A stretch of DNA of 58,387 bases, counting the filler, from Sphacelaria rigidula (taxonomy: Eukaryota), in assembly GCA_964200075.2 (NCBI GenBank). It is 4 parts of 4 records of this genome, joined end to end, with 100 filler letters (N's around TTAATTAATTAA, not from the genome) between each part and the next. Parts side by side here need not be neighbours in the genome. Positions count along the whole stretch, not along the records: positions 1 to 14,526 come from CAXNAA020002208.1; 3 more parts are not named here. One strand, given 5' to 3'. A program made the translations under genes and the position numbers. This document shows positions 1-12,699 of this stretch, in pieces. The first letter of the stretch is position 1, and each line of letters begins with the position of its first letter. The notes under the pieces were generated by a model that saw only the letters and a program-made list of their open reading frames with translations, was not told the DNA's origin and did not search any database.

Positions 1-499
1 GGAGGACACAAAACACGAAACAAACGCACCCCAAACCCAATCCCCCCCCCCCCCCCCCCCCCCCCTCCCCTGACCCTTTGCCCCCTCCTCTCCTTCACCC
101 CTCCTGTGCGTGATTTTTACCTCCACCAAACCTTCGTATCTTTTCGAAACTGTTTCACACTAGCACACCTGTGCATGGTCGTCGAACTTCAGGGGAAGGG
201 CCACCCTCGCCGCGGCTCGCTTGTACTTCTCTAGGCTCGCGCTCTCTCCCTGAACGAATCTTGCCATGGCCTCCTCGTTTATCTGGGCGTGCAAAGGACC
301 GACATGGATTCAAACGTCACGAGTCGAAACATCAACAACTGCATCTCACGTGCTATATCGTCGACTGCTTTTCTTCCGCGTGCGTTTTTCAAGTGCTAAG
401 AAACGTTTTACTGTTGTTTATCTTCGTCTCGATTGTAGAGGCGTGTGTGTACCGGAACCCTGAAGAACCCCCCCCACTTCCCCCCTCCCTCTCCCACCA

Positions 500-1370
500 G
501 TCAATGGTTGGTCCCATGACTATGGCATGCATGTTTATGAGTACACCCCCTCGTTGGCTGGCGTCGGTTGGCAATGACGCTGTAAAACACGCCACCCACT
601 GCGTAAGCTAGGCAACCATGTTATGGTTTATTTTTGCGGCAACCATGATGGTCGCAGAGCTACGTCATATTGTGCGGGGTGGGAGAACCTCGATTCCGCG
701 CAAGGATGATAATCATACCACGTAGTGTTGAAACGGTGAGACACCCGTGAGGCAGGGTAGAACTCATGGCCGTCTCTGGAAGTGGCGACACCAGGAGATG
801 AAACAACTCACTGTAGGCTGTCATCCAAATGCAAGATAAAATCAGTACGCTTCGAGCCGAAAAATCTTAGCAGGATGCAGCTCACCCTTCATGCAACTCG
901 CCGAACACATCACACCGCTTCGCGCTTGGTGATTGACTACGAGCCTGGCCCGGCGAGAACCCGGCGTGCTCCATCCCAGAATTGCAGGGATGCGACGTCA
1001 ATGGTTTCTTGACTACGGCATACAAAATCATGAGTACAAGCCCCTCTCCCCCGCGCCCCACGAATGTCGGTGCAATGAAACACACCAAGACATCGATAGA
1101 ACGTGTAAACAACAAAGTATTTATCCTCATTCCTCCCCACCCGGGAATGAAATCGCTCTATTCCCTCTCTAGACATAATGAGTGTTATCTACCGTTTTCG
1201 TTGGATAAAATTCTGGGATACCCCCGAACGCGCGAGGGTATCGTTAGAATGCATCAACGTATCACCGCCTGGTCCGGCGAAAACCCGGCGTACTCTGTAC
1301 CGGCTTGTCCGTATGCGGTTCAAGGTCAACGGTCTCATGACTACTGCATGCAAGATCATGAGTACATGTT
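500..1370 (+). mobile_element. Three adjacent, variably truncated copies of an interspersed repeat ending CATGACTACGGCATGCAAGATCATGAGTACA
   Basis: Motif ends near 545, 1038 and 1366; 780-905 is also homologous to the reverse complement of 18480-18600. Confidence 0.75.
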
Positions 1371-2689
1371 TTCCCCCCTTCCTCCACAATCGATTGAGTA
1401 TGGATCGCTGTCGCTGTGGGCAATTATTCACACGCCGCTGTATGAAGAAGGTATACACAGGCTGTTCGATCCTCACTTCCAAGCGACTTCTTCGTGATTT
1501 TTAGTGCCGCCCTACCCGGTTGGCGAGTTCGAAAAAACGGCCATGGAAAGTGACACCACGAGCACGGGTGCAATACCCGGTTACAGTGTCTTGAACTATG
1601 TGGCCCGCCCGTATCGACTTCTCTGGAGTTGTGCATGCTGTTCACTTTTATCTAGTTCCCACACTGAGACACCGCACCTGTTTTCGCTCGCGCTCTGCCT
1701 TTTGACGAGCGTTGTTATTGCCTAACCGCTTTGCCTGTGCGACGAGTGCCAAGAGAGCTATCAACTCATATTTAGTTGAACGCTGACGTTTTGCTTGTTG
1801 TAACTCCACCATCGACTTCCTATTCATTATATCAAGCAATTTTCGTATTCCATCCTTGGTTGCCACCACGCAGTACTCTCTGCACTTCAAGTCTGTTGAT
1901 TATGATTATTACTTATTTCCGTCACATTAGCTCGACCTCTCGAACCCGTGATCACAAATTCCTAATTCTTCAATTTTTTCCTCGAATGCTAAATGACGCA
2001 TAGACTGGCGCTATCCCATTGGACAAACTCTGCCAAGGCTTCTGACAGTGATTCTTGAGTGCATCCGCGTCAAGCGGTGCTAAATTGAAGGAGTTAGGCG
2101 CTGAATGTTTGACATAACACTTTCACCGTCAACACGCGCGACGTGTGCGGGGATGCCAAGAAAAAAAAGAGACAGGAAGTTGTGTGACAAGGTGATTCTT
2201 TGACATACACTAGTGGGAATTTGTCCCTTCTACGTGGTGCTTTCGACATCACCCCTCCCGCCCCCCCCCCCCTATGAACCTCTTGAAGATTTAGTAGGAG
2301 TAACATTTTACGCCGGCAAGCGATTGGGATCTTGTCTTTTAGTTCACACATCTTCCACGCGTGTTGGCTCATCAAACCAACATTCGCTGCAGGAGAATTT
2401 CCGTTAGTTTTGAACTCTGCTCCAGAGGATATCCACCATTTTGTTGGCTCCCACCATTTTGGTGGGATCCGGGATTTGAACCCGGGGCCTTCTATTCGTG
2501 AAGCGTACGAGCTATCTCATGGTGTCGCCAGCGTGAAAAGGTGGGACCTCGACAGACGCTTGTGGGAATTTGTCCCTTTTATGCTGTGGTTCCCACAGTA
2601 TGAGAGACTTGAAAATTCAGCAAAAACTGGAAGAAAGCCGTTACTTCGTGAAGAAAAAACAAAAACAACGGAATTCTCAGAAATGCTGG

Positions 2690-3068
2690 GCGTACTTGCG
2701 TGCAGGAGACCCTGCAAAAACATTTCGGCCAAAACAATCCTGAAATTGGGTCCTGCCTGGCACTTTTTGCGTGACACCGCGGCGCCCCCTTCACCCAAGT
2801 GATGCAGGAGACTCCATACATATGGAGGTCACGAGTTCGAATCTTGACATATCCTCTTCTCTTTTTTTTCGCAGATTCTGATTACGTCGCTACGGTCAGA
2901 TACTACGCAGTACATTTTTTTTTCATTTTTTGTTCGTAGCGACAGAGCGTCCATGACCAGGTAGGTTAGTCTGCAGTTTACAGCGATATGCTAAATCGGG
3001 CTGAATACGCAAACTTGAAAAGTTGTTGTGTAATATGCGTTTGTACATTTTATGGCTGACCCAGTTCG
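2690..3068 (+). mobile_element. MITE fragment, CGAGCTGGGCCAGCC TIR family, with internal tRNA-like B box
   Basis: Right end GGCTGACCCAGTTCG|TA; internal GAGTTCGAATC; homologous to about 25990-26260; left end uncertain. Confidence 0.6.
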
Positions 3069-3269
3069 TACCTACACGGTACAAGTCGCCATGACGGCTA
3101 CAACAAGTGTTCTCACGCCACGTGTGTCGCGAGCAGCTTTGCTCCCTGAAACAAAACAATAAGCTGAATTATGCTAAACGTTGACAGATAAGTGATGCTA
3201 CGATAGGGCGGGAGAGGGGATTGCGGGCAATTTCTTTCACGAATTCTCACCTCAAATCGTCGTTGAATG

Positions 3270-3490
3270 TCGCAAAGTTTCATACGTCGGACGAGCACGA
3301 GTGTGACTCGTGGCACTCGCACTCGTTGGGCTGCTCGTTGGCCGGAAAGATTAATAGGGCGAGCACGAGTCATTGCTCGTTGCGGAAAAAATTCATAGGG
3401 CGAGCACTCGAGTTATGCTCGTTGTGTTTTGGAAAAACACCCACGAGTGCACTCGTCTGAACGAGTAATGACTCGTCCGACCTGTGCGAA
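3270..3490 (+). repeat. ACGAG/CTCGT-rich interspersed repeat
   Basis: GACGAGCACGAGTGTGACTCGTGGCACTCGC recurs at about 57055-57085; related sequence at 5700-5830. Confidence 0.65.
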
Positions 3491-4671
3491 GTTTATTCGA
3501 AAGCGCTTGACGCCGACAAGACACTCATTCATACCACTTGACATCGTTTTCACCCCAACACAAACGCACCGCGAGTAGTTGGGTCGGTGAATACACCTGT
3601 GAGCCCTTGGCTTTCGTGGAATCGAGCCCCTCCAACTGCCACCTCCTCCCCCCCCCCGCCGGGATGGTGGCCGGCTAATACACCCTTTGCCCCTTTCCTT
3701 TTGTTGAATCCGGCCCCCCCCCCCCCCCCCCTTTCGACTATCGTAGCATTAGCTAGATTTTAGTTTTGAAACTTGGCCTATGCTTCAGAAACTCGCTACA
3801 CGGTGTTTGCGTTGGTTGCACTCACCTGTAACGTAGCTCTGACATGTGATCACTGGGAATCCCGATACTCCACTCTTGAAACCTACTTGGCAGGTACACT
3901 CAAAACCAACTAGTGGCGATATAACTGAAACGACAACGGATCTAACCGAAAACGCTTCTGCACCCACATGGCATGACATATCAATTATACCGACGTTGGT
4001 GTGTCGCTCTAGAGCACGTTTACAAAACGGTCTGTGCTGTCGCATCGGTTCACTTGCCGCGAGGACGTTTTGTGACTGCACTGTGTGGTTTACCGAGAAC
4101 GCTGCATGTGCTCAGCATTAGATTGCTGATATCACACATTCTGTGTGATGATCGCAAAACGCGGAAGAACTCGTATCCCATATTCCGATTCGTCGAAAAT
4201 GTTTGACGTTCAACGTCAAAACGTCGAAAACGGGTACATATGCTAAAACTCGGAACATATACTCCGAAATGATTCACTTCATTCCCCCCAACGGTGAATA
4301 GCTCGTCGCTTCTCACCCGCGCAACGTTCTGCAGATCAGTTCCCGTGGCTGAAGAAGACAGCACCTTCTCCAGTAGCCCCTGCGACGTGGAGCCATTGCT
4401 GTCGCCGCCGCTGCTGGCAGAGCTAGTAGCCTCCATTGGGTGGCCCGAAACGTGTTACACGTCCCCGACGTTTACCCTATGCGCGTCTCCGCTCCCCCTC
4501 GTCTTTGCGCGGTTCGTCGATTAGCAGTTGTGGTTACCCTGCCGTGGTTCAGCCGATATTACGAGTTTGTTGGATCTTTCGGAGGGAATTCTGGTCCACC
4601 GGCGAGGAGAGTGGATCCGACGTAGCGACAGATGTTACGTGCGTACTGTAGAGTACCTGCGGTCTCCTCCC

Positions 4672-4830
4672 GGCTCGGGGTATAAAAAATGAGATCGAAG
4701 AAGAAGCAAGGTTTTAATCCTGAAGGTTTTTGGGTATAGGGTTGGGGGTATAAAAAATGAGATCGAAGAAGCAAGGCTTTAATCTTGAAGATTTTGCCGT
4801 ATAGGGCTCGGGGTATGAAAAAATTATATC
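4672..4830 (+). repeat. Tandem repeat, unit about 66 bp, about 2.5 copies
   Basis: GGGGTATAAAAAATGAGATCGAAG repeated. Confidence 0.85.
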
Positions 4831-5194
4831 GAGCTCCAACGCGTCACCCTAAATCCACGGCTGCAGCAAAGCTGCTTCTAGTGTGAATCATTATATCCGG
4901 AACTATGGAGTAGGATGACTGAGACCGAAGCTCTTGAGGGTAGAGCGGCGCGTGCACTGCGCCAAGTTGACGGGGGGCTTTAGTGGGTCGGAGCCCCACA
5001 CTGCGTCGGGGAAAGCTTGCGAACGCTAGAGGCGCCTACCTCACATGACTACCGGGAGGCGATCTAGCCCAGCCTCCGAATAATCGGCACATGAACCCGC
5101 TTGCGGGGTAAGTGTTGAGTAAGATTTCCTCCTTCCTTCAAGGAAAACAAATCAGAGGAGGATGGCCGTCCTAAGTTTTCACTATGCGTCCTCA

Positions 5195-5657
5195 GGCCGC
5201 TCCTTGTAACAAACAAACAAAAAAATCTGGAAAAGTGCCTTTTTGGAGCTTTCACGTCGTTTCACGCCCCAAAAGAGAGCTAGGCGGAGTTTGACACCTT
5301 CAAATGACTTGATCTACTGGAAATCTTCCCGTTTTCCGGTGGCTCCAGTTTTTATTTTGGCTGAACAAGAACTTTTGTCCGAGAACGGTGAAAAACAGCA
5401 AAGTCCACAGGAGAGTGGCGATGTTTTCTAGATTTGACTGTTTTTTACCGTTCTCGTACAAAAAATCTTGTTCGGCCAAAATAAAAACTGTGGCCACCGG
5501 GAAACGGGACGATGGTACGGAACCACCTCAACTAGTAGAGCAAGTCATTCGAAGGTGTCAAACTCCGCCTAGCTCTCTTTTGTGGCATAAAATGACGTGA
5601 AAGCTCCGAAAAGGCACTTTTCTAGATTTTTATTTTTGTCTGTTATAAGGAGCGGCC
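5195..5657. mobile_element. Foldback MITE, PIF/Harbinger-like
   Basis: About 200-bp inverted arms GGCCGCTCCTT...AAGGAGCGGCC; 3-bp TCA duplication on both sides. Confidence 0.85.
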
Positions 5658-6125
5658 TCAGCACACGTTTTGAATTATATTGGCGCAGCTCCGATGACTG
5701 ACGTTCGATGCGAGCCGTGCGGGATATGAGGATGAGCAAGACTCAAGTCACAACGAGTCACATGCGATCTTGAGAACGAGTATGACTGGAGTCAAAACGA
5801 GTCGTTGAGATTCAGTCGTCGGATGTATCGAGCTTTACAAGCCGGGTTCTCGATTACAAGTGCTCATCTTTTATATGTCAAGGTGATGTTGGGATCGCCC
5901 TAGAGCTCGGAATATCGGATGCGGTTCGGTTGCGGTTCAGACCAGCGGGTCAATCACAGCACCTGTTCTCTAGTTCGATTCTGGACTTCCATGTCGCAAT
6001 TGGGTCAGGCATCGGCAGCGAAAATGCTTCTGAGGTGTACAACATTTGGGTCCACAATGACCGACAGCTGTCTGTAGACTTCAGCCATGATGATGCTGCG
6101 AGTGGAGAGCAAGCACACAATAGTA

Positions 6126-6506
6126 GGCCTTGACCGTTAAGGCACGCCGAAGGCGTGCCTGAGGCAAATGGATGAGGGTCCGCCGCAGGCGAAAACATTG
6201 AGGGTCAGGCAACGGCTAAGGCATGCCTGACACCAAATTCCATGCCTGACTAGTCAACTCTATTCCTGAGATGCGTGATTTTCTGGATTTAATTTGCCGT
6301 AGACTTGCTTTCGACAACCTCCCCGGTATCCCGACTAATTGGCGTTGGTGTCGTCATTCGTGCGCCTTACTTCCATTCTTTGTTATAGTATCTGTGTTTG
6401 CCTCGCCCAAACAAGGCACCTCAGACACCATACCCCCTCTCAGGCAACCCCCTCCCGAAAAGGGGCTCTAAAGCGAAAAGTAAGGCATGCCTTAGAGGTC
6501 AGGGCC
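6126..6506. mobile_element. MITE with short TIRs and TA flanks
   Basis: TA|GGCCTTGACC...GGTCAGGGCC|TA; internal AGGCATGCCT palindromes. Confidence 0.65.
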
Positions 6507-6605
6507 TAGACGAAAGCCCTTTTGCGACTCACTTTCATGTGTGACAAGAAGGACCCAGCGAGTACAACAAACAGAGCGTGCTTGGGTCACGAATGATGTT
6601 CATTA

Positions 6606-6700
6606 CGGCACAGCATAGCAGAGCACGACACAGCACATCAGCATAGCAGAGCAGAGCACAGTACAGTAGAGTACAGTACAGCAGAGCACAGCGCAGTGTG
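6606..6700. repeat. Degenerate (ACAGC/ACAGT)n pentanucleotide microsatellite
   Basis: Read directly from the sequence. Confidence 0.85.
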
Positions 6701-7529
6701 GGGTTCTGCAACTGTACATAGTAGATGACGTGACCTTGCTGGAGGTGATGCACAAAGGTGATGTGCTGCATTCGAGAATGGGCACCATTGTAAGTGATGA
6801 CTTCACGGACGGAAATTCTGTACCGCGAGTGCTGGTTGGACGCGCTTTACCGGTAACGTGCTAGTGTTGGGTGACACTGACCCGACGACAGCGGGTTACA
6901 TTCCGGTATGCAGAGGCATGTGATCGTAGGTCTGGTCTTTGCTCTTACCCCGATACCCTGGCTGACCTCAGCCTTTCTGTTGCCATTTCATCTTCCAAGT
7001 CTTCACACTATGAGGCGTCTGACCCAGGGATGGGAGGGGAGAGTTCCGAAAGGGCTAAACATTGCACACAAGGACATATCAGCTCCCTGTAGCTCGAGCT
7101 CGCTCTTTTTTAGAGTAGCTCCCTAGTGAGCCATGAGAGCTACACGAGCTGCGCATGATTGCCCTCGTCGAGCTAAAAAGCTGCGAAAGATACGCCGATC
7201 TTGGAGTTGTCTTTGTTCCGATGCTCATGCACATTGATATTGTACGTACGTGACGACGGTTAGGTGTGCACACACGTGTGATTTGTTTCGTGTATAGATT
7301 TGCTTTTTGCAAGCAACAACATGGCTTCATCAGAAGTCATCCACATCATAGTCATCACACAAACACACACAAATACACACAAACACACACACAATTCGCC
7401 CTGCATGACGACCGCGGGGGGCAGCAGCTCTAGCGGCGCTCAAGTCGGAAATGACGCTGTGGATCTGGATCCTTCGCAACAGGCGATCCATGTGGAGGAG
7501 GACGTGACTGCACTTACTTCCGTGTAGCG

Positions 7530-8080
7530 ATGGTTTAGCTCATCCGCTCATGTTTCCCCCGCGTGAGCTATAAGAGTTGCGTCAGTTACACATGTTTACC
7601 TTGGGTGAGCTATCGAGCGCAGCTCATCCGCATCTGTTTTCCCTGGGTGAGCTACCGGACGTAGCTCATCCGCACGTGTTTGCCCTGGATGCGCTATGAG
7701 AGCTGTATGAGATACACATGTTTGCTTCACGTGAGTCACCAAGCCGTAGTTCATCAGCTCATATTCGTCCTGGGTGAGCTACCAACTCATCAGCTCATAT
7801 CCGTCCTCGGTGAGCTATGAGAGCTGCATGAGCTACGCATGCTTGACCCGGATGAGCTACCAACCTGTAGCTCATCAGCTCAGCTTCTCCCTGGGTGAGC
7901 TATGAGAGCTGCATGAGCTACGCATGTTTGCCCTGGATGAGCTACCAACCCGTAGCTCATCAGCTCATATTCGTCCTGGGTGAGCTATCGGACGCAGCTC
8001 ACATTTACATGCTTGACTACAGGTGAGCTACGGCCCGCAGATGAGTTAGTTCATGAGCTATCCTAGGTGCGAAACATTGA
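7530..8080. repeat. Degenerate tandem array, about 85-bp unit made of two ~42-bp TGAGCTA...TAGCTCA halves
   Basis: GGTGAGCTATGAGAGCTG at about 7809 and 7894; the same motifs occur at 7080-7190. Confidence 0.8.
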
Positions 8081-8203
8081 CCCATGAGGGTTTCTCTGCC
8101 CCTCAGATAGTGCTCTCGATAGCCCCCACGGTAGCTCTTCCTCAGAAACGTTTATTTAGCTTGTTTTGGCTTCGATCCATGAAGAAACGACGATGCAACG
8201 CCG

Positions 8204-8533
8204 CCGCGCGCCGGTGGTGTAATGGTCCGACTGTCGCCGTCAGGGTGGAGAGAACGAGGGTTCGATTCCCGATGCATCGGGTTTTTCCTTCGTAATGTCT
8301 GATTCCCACCGTGGACAGCGTGAGAACGTGAGTAAACAACGACTGAGTTTGTTTGACGCGAGTTGACACGGTGCGGGAGTGTTGAGCCGTTCTGTGAGAC
8401 CACAATGCAAGGCTTGTATCGGGGGAGAGATGGGTTGATCCCTTGAGACCACGGACTCATCCCGAGGAAGGGGATGGGGTTCAGAGTGCGAAAAATAAAT
8501 AAATAAATAATAAATAATGAATAAAATAATAAT
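8204..8533 (+). mobile_element. tRNA-derived SINE
   Basis: A box TGGTGTAATGG (8215), B box GGTTCGATTCC (8259), about 220-bp body, (AAAT)n tail; second copy at 9474-9776. Confidence 0.85.
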
Positions 8534-9473
8534 TGCTGTCGTTGTACACCCGCACAGCACAAATGGTGCCAACATCGCACACTTCGCGGCGGAGAGACAA
8601 CATACCTGTCAGCAAATATCGTTGATACTCGCCCAATGCGAAACCAAAAGTCAGCAGTAGAGTTCATCACTTGGTCGGATGGAGGTTTCCCGACACTTCG
8701 TTTGAGTGAGAACACCGATACGAGGATATTCAGTGGGGTTGTTGGCATCCCCATGTGCTCCTGGCGTGAGCAGAGCGCGCCTTTGTCGACCGGCGCCCAT
8801 TTGAGGTCTACCAACACACACTTGGCCTAGGGGACACTTAGCACCCCTCTCGCTCGAGGATTATCAGTACGCCTTGGGTTGGGGTTTGAGTTAAGGTTAG
8901 CGTTAGTTCCAGATCATATATCTCCGAGAAAATTTCTTCAAAGAGTCAATCGACCAAGTGGCGAACTGACCTCCTCAACGTACGAGCTCAAGGCACCTTT
9001 TACTCTAGTCGGGATCTTGCTATCTGTGGGGTGCGCGCTTTCTTTTCTTTTTATTGAGGCGCCTGAATGGGATGCTGCGTGGCTTGATACGTGTAAACAC
9101 GCGTTTGTATCCCGAAAGCTTGTGGGGTGCACTCACGACCAAGCGAGCTCTTCACGCTGCGTTTTGGATAAAAGCGTTCAACCTTACGAAGGGCTTGGAA
9201 AAAGCGGAGAAGTTTGGTTGCGGTTCAGGGCAACGGGTTAAATCACAGCACCCTCTGGGTTTTTTGTCATGTCTGTTTGCCAATGATTTTCCGTTGGCGA
9301 GGCACCTCTTCACGGTGCGTCTTAATCCTTTGGGAACTAAAGTGCTAATATTTGTTTTGTGAATCTTCGTGAACCGGCATCATTTTGACCTGAAAATAAC
9401 TGAAAATGATGCCGATTCACAATTTGTTTTTAGCATTTCGTGGGGGTCTAGTTCCCAAAGGGTCAACAAAACA

Positions 9474-9776
9474 TTTTTTGGTCGCACTTTGAACTCCATC
9501 CCCTTCCTCAGGATGAGTCCGTGGTCACAAGGGATCAATCCATCTCTCCCCCGGTACATGCCCTTTCATTTTGGTCTCGCGGATTGGGTAAGCACCCCCG
9601 CATCGCGTCAACTCACGTCAAACAAACTCAGTCGACTACTTTGTTTAATCACGTTCTCACGCTTCCCACGACGGAAATCAGGCATCACGACAAAAAACCC
9701 CACCGTATCGGGAAGCGAACCCTCGTTCTGTCCACCCTTATGGCGACAGTCGGACCATTACACCACCGGGGCGCGG
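9474..9776 (-). mobile_element. tRNA-derived SINE, second copy
   Basis: Reverse complement aligns over its full length with 8204-8495. Confidence 0.85.
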
Positions 9777-10377
9777 ATTCTGAACCTGAATCAAAAATGA
9801 TTTTCCGATTGCAGCCGTTGGATATGGGTCCGGCACCAGCAGAGAAAATTCTGTAAGATGTCTGAGACTTGAGAGACCATAGCCACCGATAGTGACAGCA
9901 GCTGACAAAGCACCGTCGATCGGAGGGGTTCATTGACTGACCAGGAGAGATGCACTGCTCAAGAGTGCTCCATACTTTTCACGATAGCTCTTACTCAATC
10001 ATGTTTTTTGTTTGTTTGCTTCGATTTCGCCATGCACGGCCTCCCCCCAGGAAATCATGCGGCAGCGACCTTCCGTTTTCCATTGTCCATCCTCTCTCTC
10101 GTTCTCACTTTCGTCTTTCATACTCTTCATTATTGAGGTGTCCCCCTTTTCGAGTTCCCTCAGCGAGTGTCCCGCGCATCTCCCTCGGCCGTATCCATGT
10201 TGTCTCCGCAGCTGGATTCAAAGCGGAGTTTGGGCAATATGTGACAATCTCAACCAAGCAATCCATCCAGCAATGACTGTTATGGCAAAACCGCACATAA
10301 CGAATGGTGCCCAAAGTACAAGCTTTGGGGCGGAAATACGACACAACTGGCTGCATACAACGTTCATGCTCGCCGTA

Positions 10378-10600
10378 TGATTGATTTCGATGATTTTAAT
10401 TGTCGCACTTTAACTGACCACCCATGGGTCCAGCCGTGGTTGCATGATAGATGTACCCAAGGGAAGCAAAACTGAACCACTTGCTCAAGAAAGAACGAAC
10501 AGAAAAATGGCGAACAGAACGACGCAGTAGACTAAGAAAAATAAAAAGACAAAAAAAAATCGCACACGACATCAAATACACTCGATCAAAACAACCGATG
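10378..10600 (-). mobile_element. 3' end of RTE-like LINE
   Basis: Ends ACCACGGCTGGACC...GGTCAGTTAAAGTGCGACAA plus ATCAA-like tail; homologous to 32807-32960. Confidence 0.7.
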
Positions 10601-10701
10601 TTCTCGGGGAGTCAGGCTATCTGTGGACGCGCGCACGTTGTATTGCGGGAGATGCTGCATGCCCCTGCAACGTAAGACAAACGCTTGCATCTCGAAGCCT
10701 C

Positions 10702-10881
10702 CACGTCCTGGACAATGACAAATATATGGTCATTAGTCACTATAGACAAAAAAAGTACTGCGTAAAGTATAGGCCGATTGCAGCTATTGACGACCGACAA
10801 AAATAGTTGCATTAGGCCTATACTTTGCGCAGTACATTTTATGTCTATTGCAACTATTGACCATATATTTTCCAGGGTTTG
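10702..10881. mobile_element. Palindromic MITE with 8-bp TSD (hAT-like)
   Basis: CACGTCCTGG...CCAGGGTTTG; flanks GAAGCCTC and AAAGCCTC. Confidence 0.75.
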
Positions 10882-12038
10882 AAAGCCTCTGACACGCATT
10901 GTCGTATCTATCTACCAACTTATCTAACCGTCGGCTGGGTGTTTGTCTCTTGTTCCTCTTCGTTTGTTTTTTTATGCCACCTTTCGATAAAAAGTAGGAG
11001 TTGTTCGAGTTTTTCATCTTTGGCAAGTGCTGGAGTTTTCTCGGGAAACCGATAGCAGTCTCCGACAGAGTCGCGGTTCAAAGCAGCGGGCCAATCACCG
11101 CGCCGTATTTACTCTCGATTTTCGATTTTCGATTTTCGATAATTGGTGAATTTTTCCTCATCGAAACACGCCATCAAACCTTAAGGGACAAGCCAAAAAC
11201 ATGTACATGCTCAAGGGTTTGAATTTCCCCTGAAATGTTCAGGTATTCCTCGGATTCGCGCCCTAACGTTTGATTTTTGACACAGAGTCGGGTTCCATCA
11301 CAATGTGATGGGACGTCCCACGGTCGCACTAAGTTGTGACCCGAAAGCTGTGGCCCGAATTATACTGGTATGCTGCAAATTAGAATCTGATATAGCGACC
11401 ATATATATTCCAGGTGACTCTGACCGCACTCTGGTGGGACTGCACCGTGGCGGGACCCTCACTGTACATCCCTGGACCACCACGAGTTGGGTGTCGAACC
11501 AGGTATCGCTGTGCTCGCATTGGTGTCAACAGCGCGCAAAATCAAATTCGAGGACAATCGTGCAAGAACCGACCCAGTCAAATTGATCGTGGTATCAAGT
11601 TGGCATCAGTTGGCTTTGTACGTCTCGTAGGCTAGTTGGTTCCTGAGGAAAAGATCAAGAGATATTTCGATGAATAGTAAGGGCATAATGAAACGTGACC
11701 ACAGAAGTAGACTTGGTTCCCCGCCACCATCTCATCACCCCGGAGTGCGTAGTGTGATGGGGTCTTATCCGTCGGGCATCTTCCAACATCCCACCCAGTT
11801 CCGTGGGCAGAGTTGTCCCTGTTCAATAAAATGGAGGCTTCCAAGGAACTCTCCTCCGAAGGCGCGGGTTCCATTTGAACCGTTCATGATCAACGGCGTG
11901 AAATGTGCTGAAGTTTGAGGTGCAAACATCGTTGGCAGAGAGATGTTCACATATGCATGTAAAGTTGGCGCTACAGACAAGGCCGGTGGCCGAGGCGCCC
12001 TCATGGCAAAGGATGCATGTCACTGTGTAGGAAGGACG

Positions 12039-12176
12039 CACACCCTGGACAATAGAATACACGGCAAAAAAATGTACTGCGTACAGTATGGGATCTTTTG
12101 TCTATTGCAGTAGACAATAGTTCCAATACTGTACGCAGTACATTTTTTTACCGTGTATTCTATTGTCCAGGGTATG
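12039..12176. mobile_element. Palindromic MITE with 8-bp TSD (hAT-like)
   Basis: CACACCCTGGACAATAG...CTATTGTCCAGGGTATG; perfect GAAGGACG duplication. Confidence 0.88.
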
Positions 12177-12699
12177 GAAGGACGCGCTTAATGTATTGAA
12201 TGTATCATCACCACGTGAAATCACGACAAAGTCGGCACCGTATGCTTCGAGCCGGCAGTACTGTCCTGACTGTACGACGTACGCTTGTCTGAAATCAGAA
12301 CAAGGTCACAGTGCTGCTCCAGGGGCTTCCTCCCTATCACGGGCTCCTGAGACTTCAAGACTCGAGCAGTTATACAAACAGCATGTCTTCGTTAACCTTA
12401 AGTAACCCTCGTTTTGCTCTCCTCGCATACACAATATGCTACGCATTTAATCATCCTCCAACCCATTGTCCCAAGGTAGGGATCGGCGACGGAACTGCGT
12501 GGTCGGGCGGACGACCGACTTGCCTACACTCATAGTCAGTGCAGACAGTGCAAAAGGGTTGGGGTGGTAGCTGAGAATTAGTTGTGTGAGGTTCGCATGG
12601 TTTTGTGAACGGGTGGTATCTGCCGTGGTGGTTTGCAAGGTAGGAGTCAAGTGCCCCTTCGTACCTTTCCTCCGCATGTTTTTGATCGAGAACGCCAAT

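Noticed and set aside
171-611. 146-aa ORF and many other short ORFs in the track
   Set aside because: They run through repeats or MITEs and show no recognisable motifs
7530-8080. CRISPR-like array
   Set aside because: Inter-repeat segments are themselves repeated, units are degenerate, there are no cas genes and the context is eukaryotic
8204-8285. Functional tRNA gene
   Set aside because: A and B boxes are present but I could not form a proper cloverleaf; it is followed by a conserved body and A-rich tail in two copies, so it is a SINE
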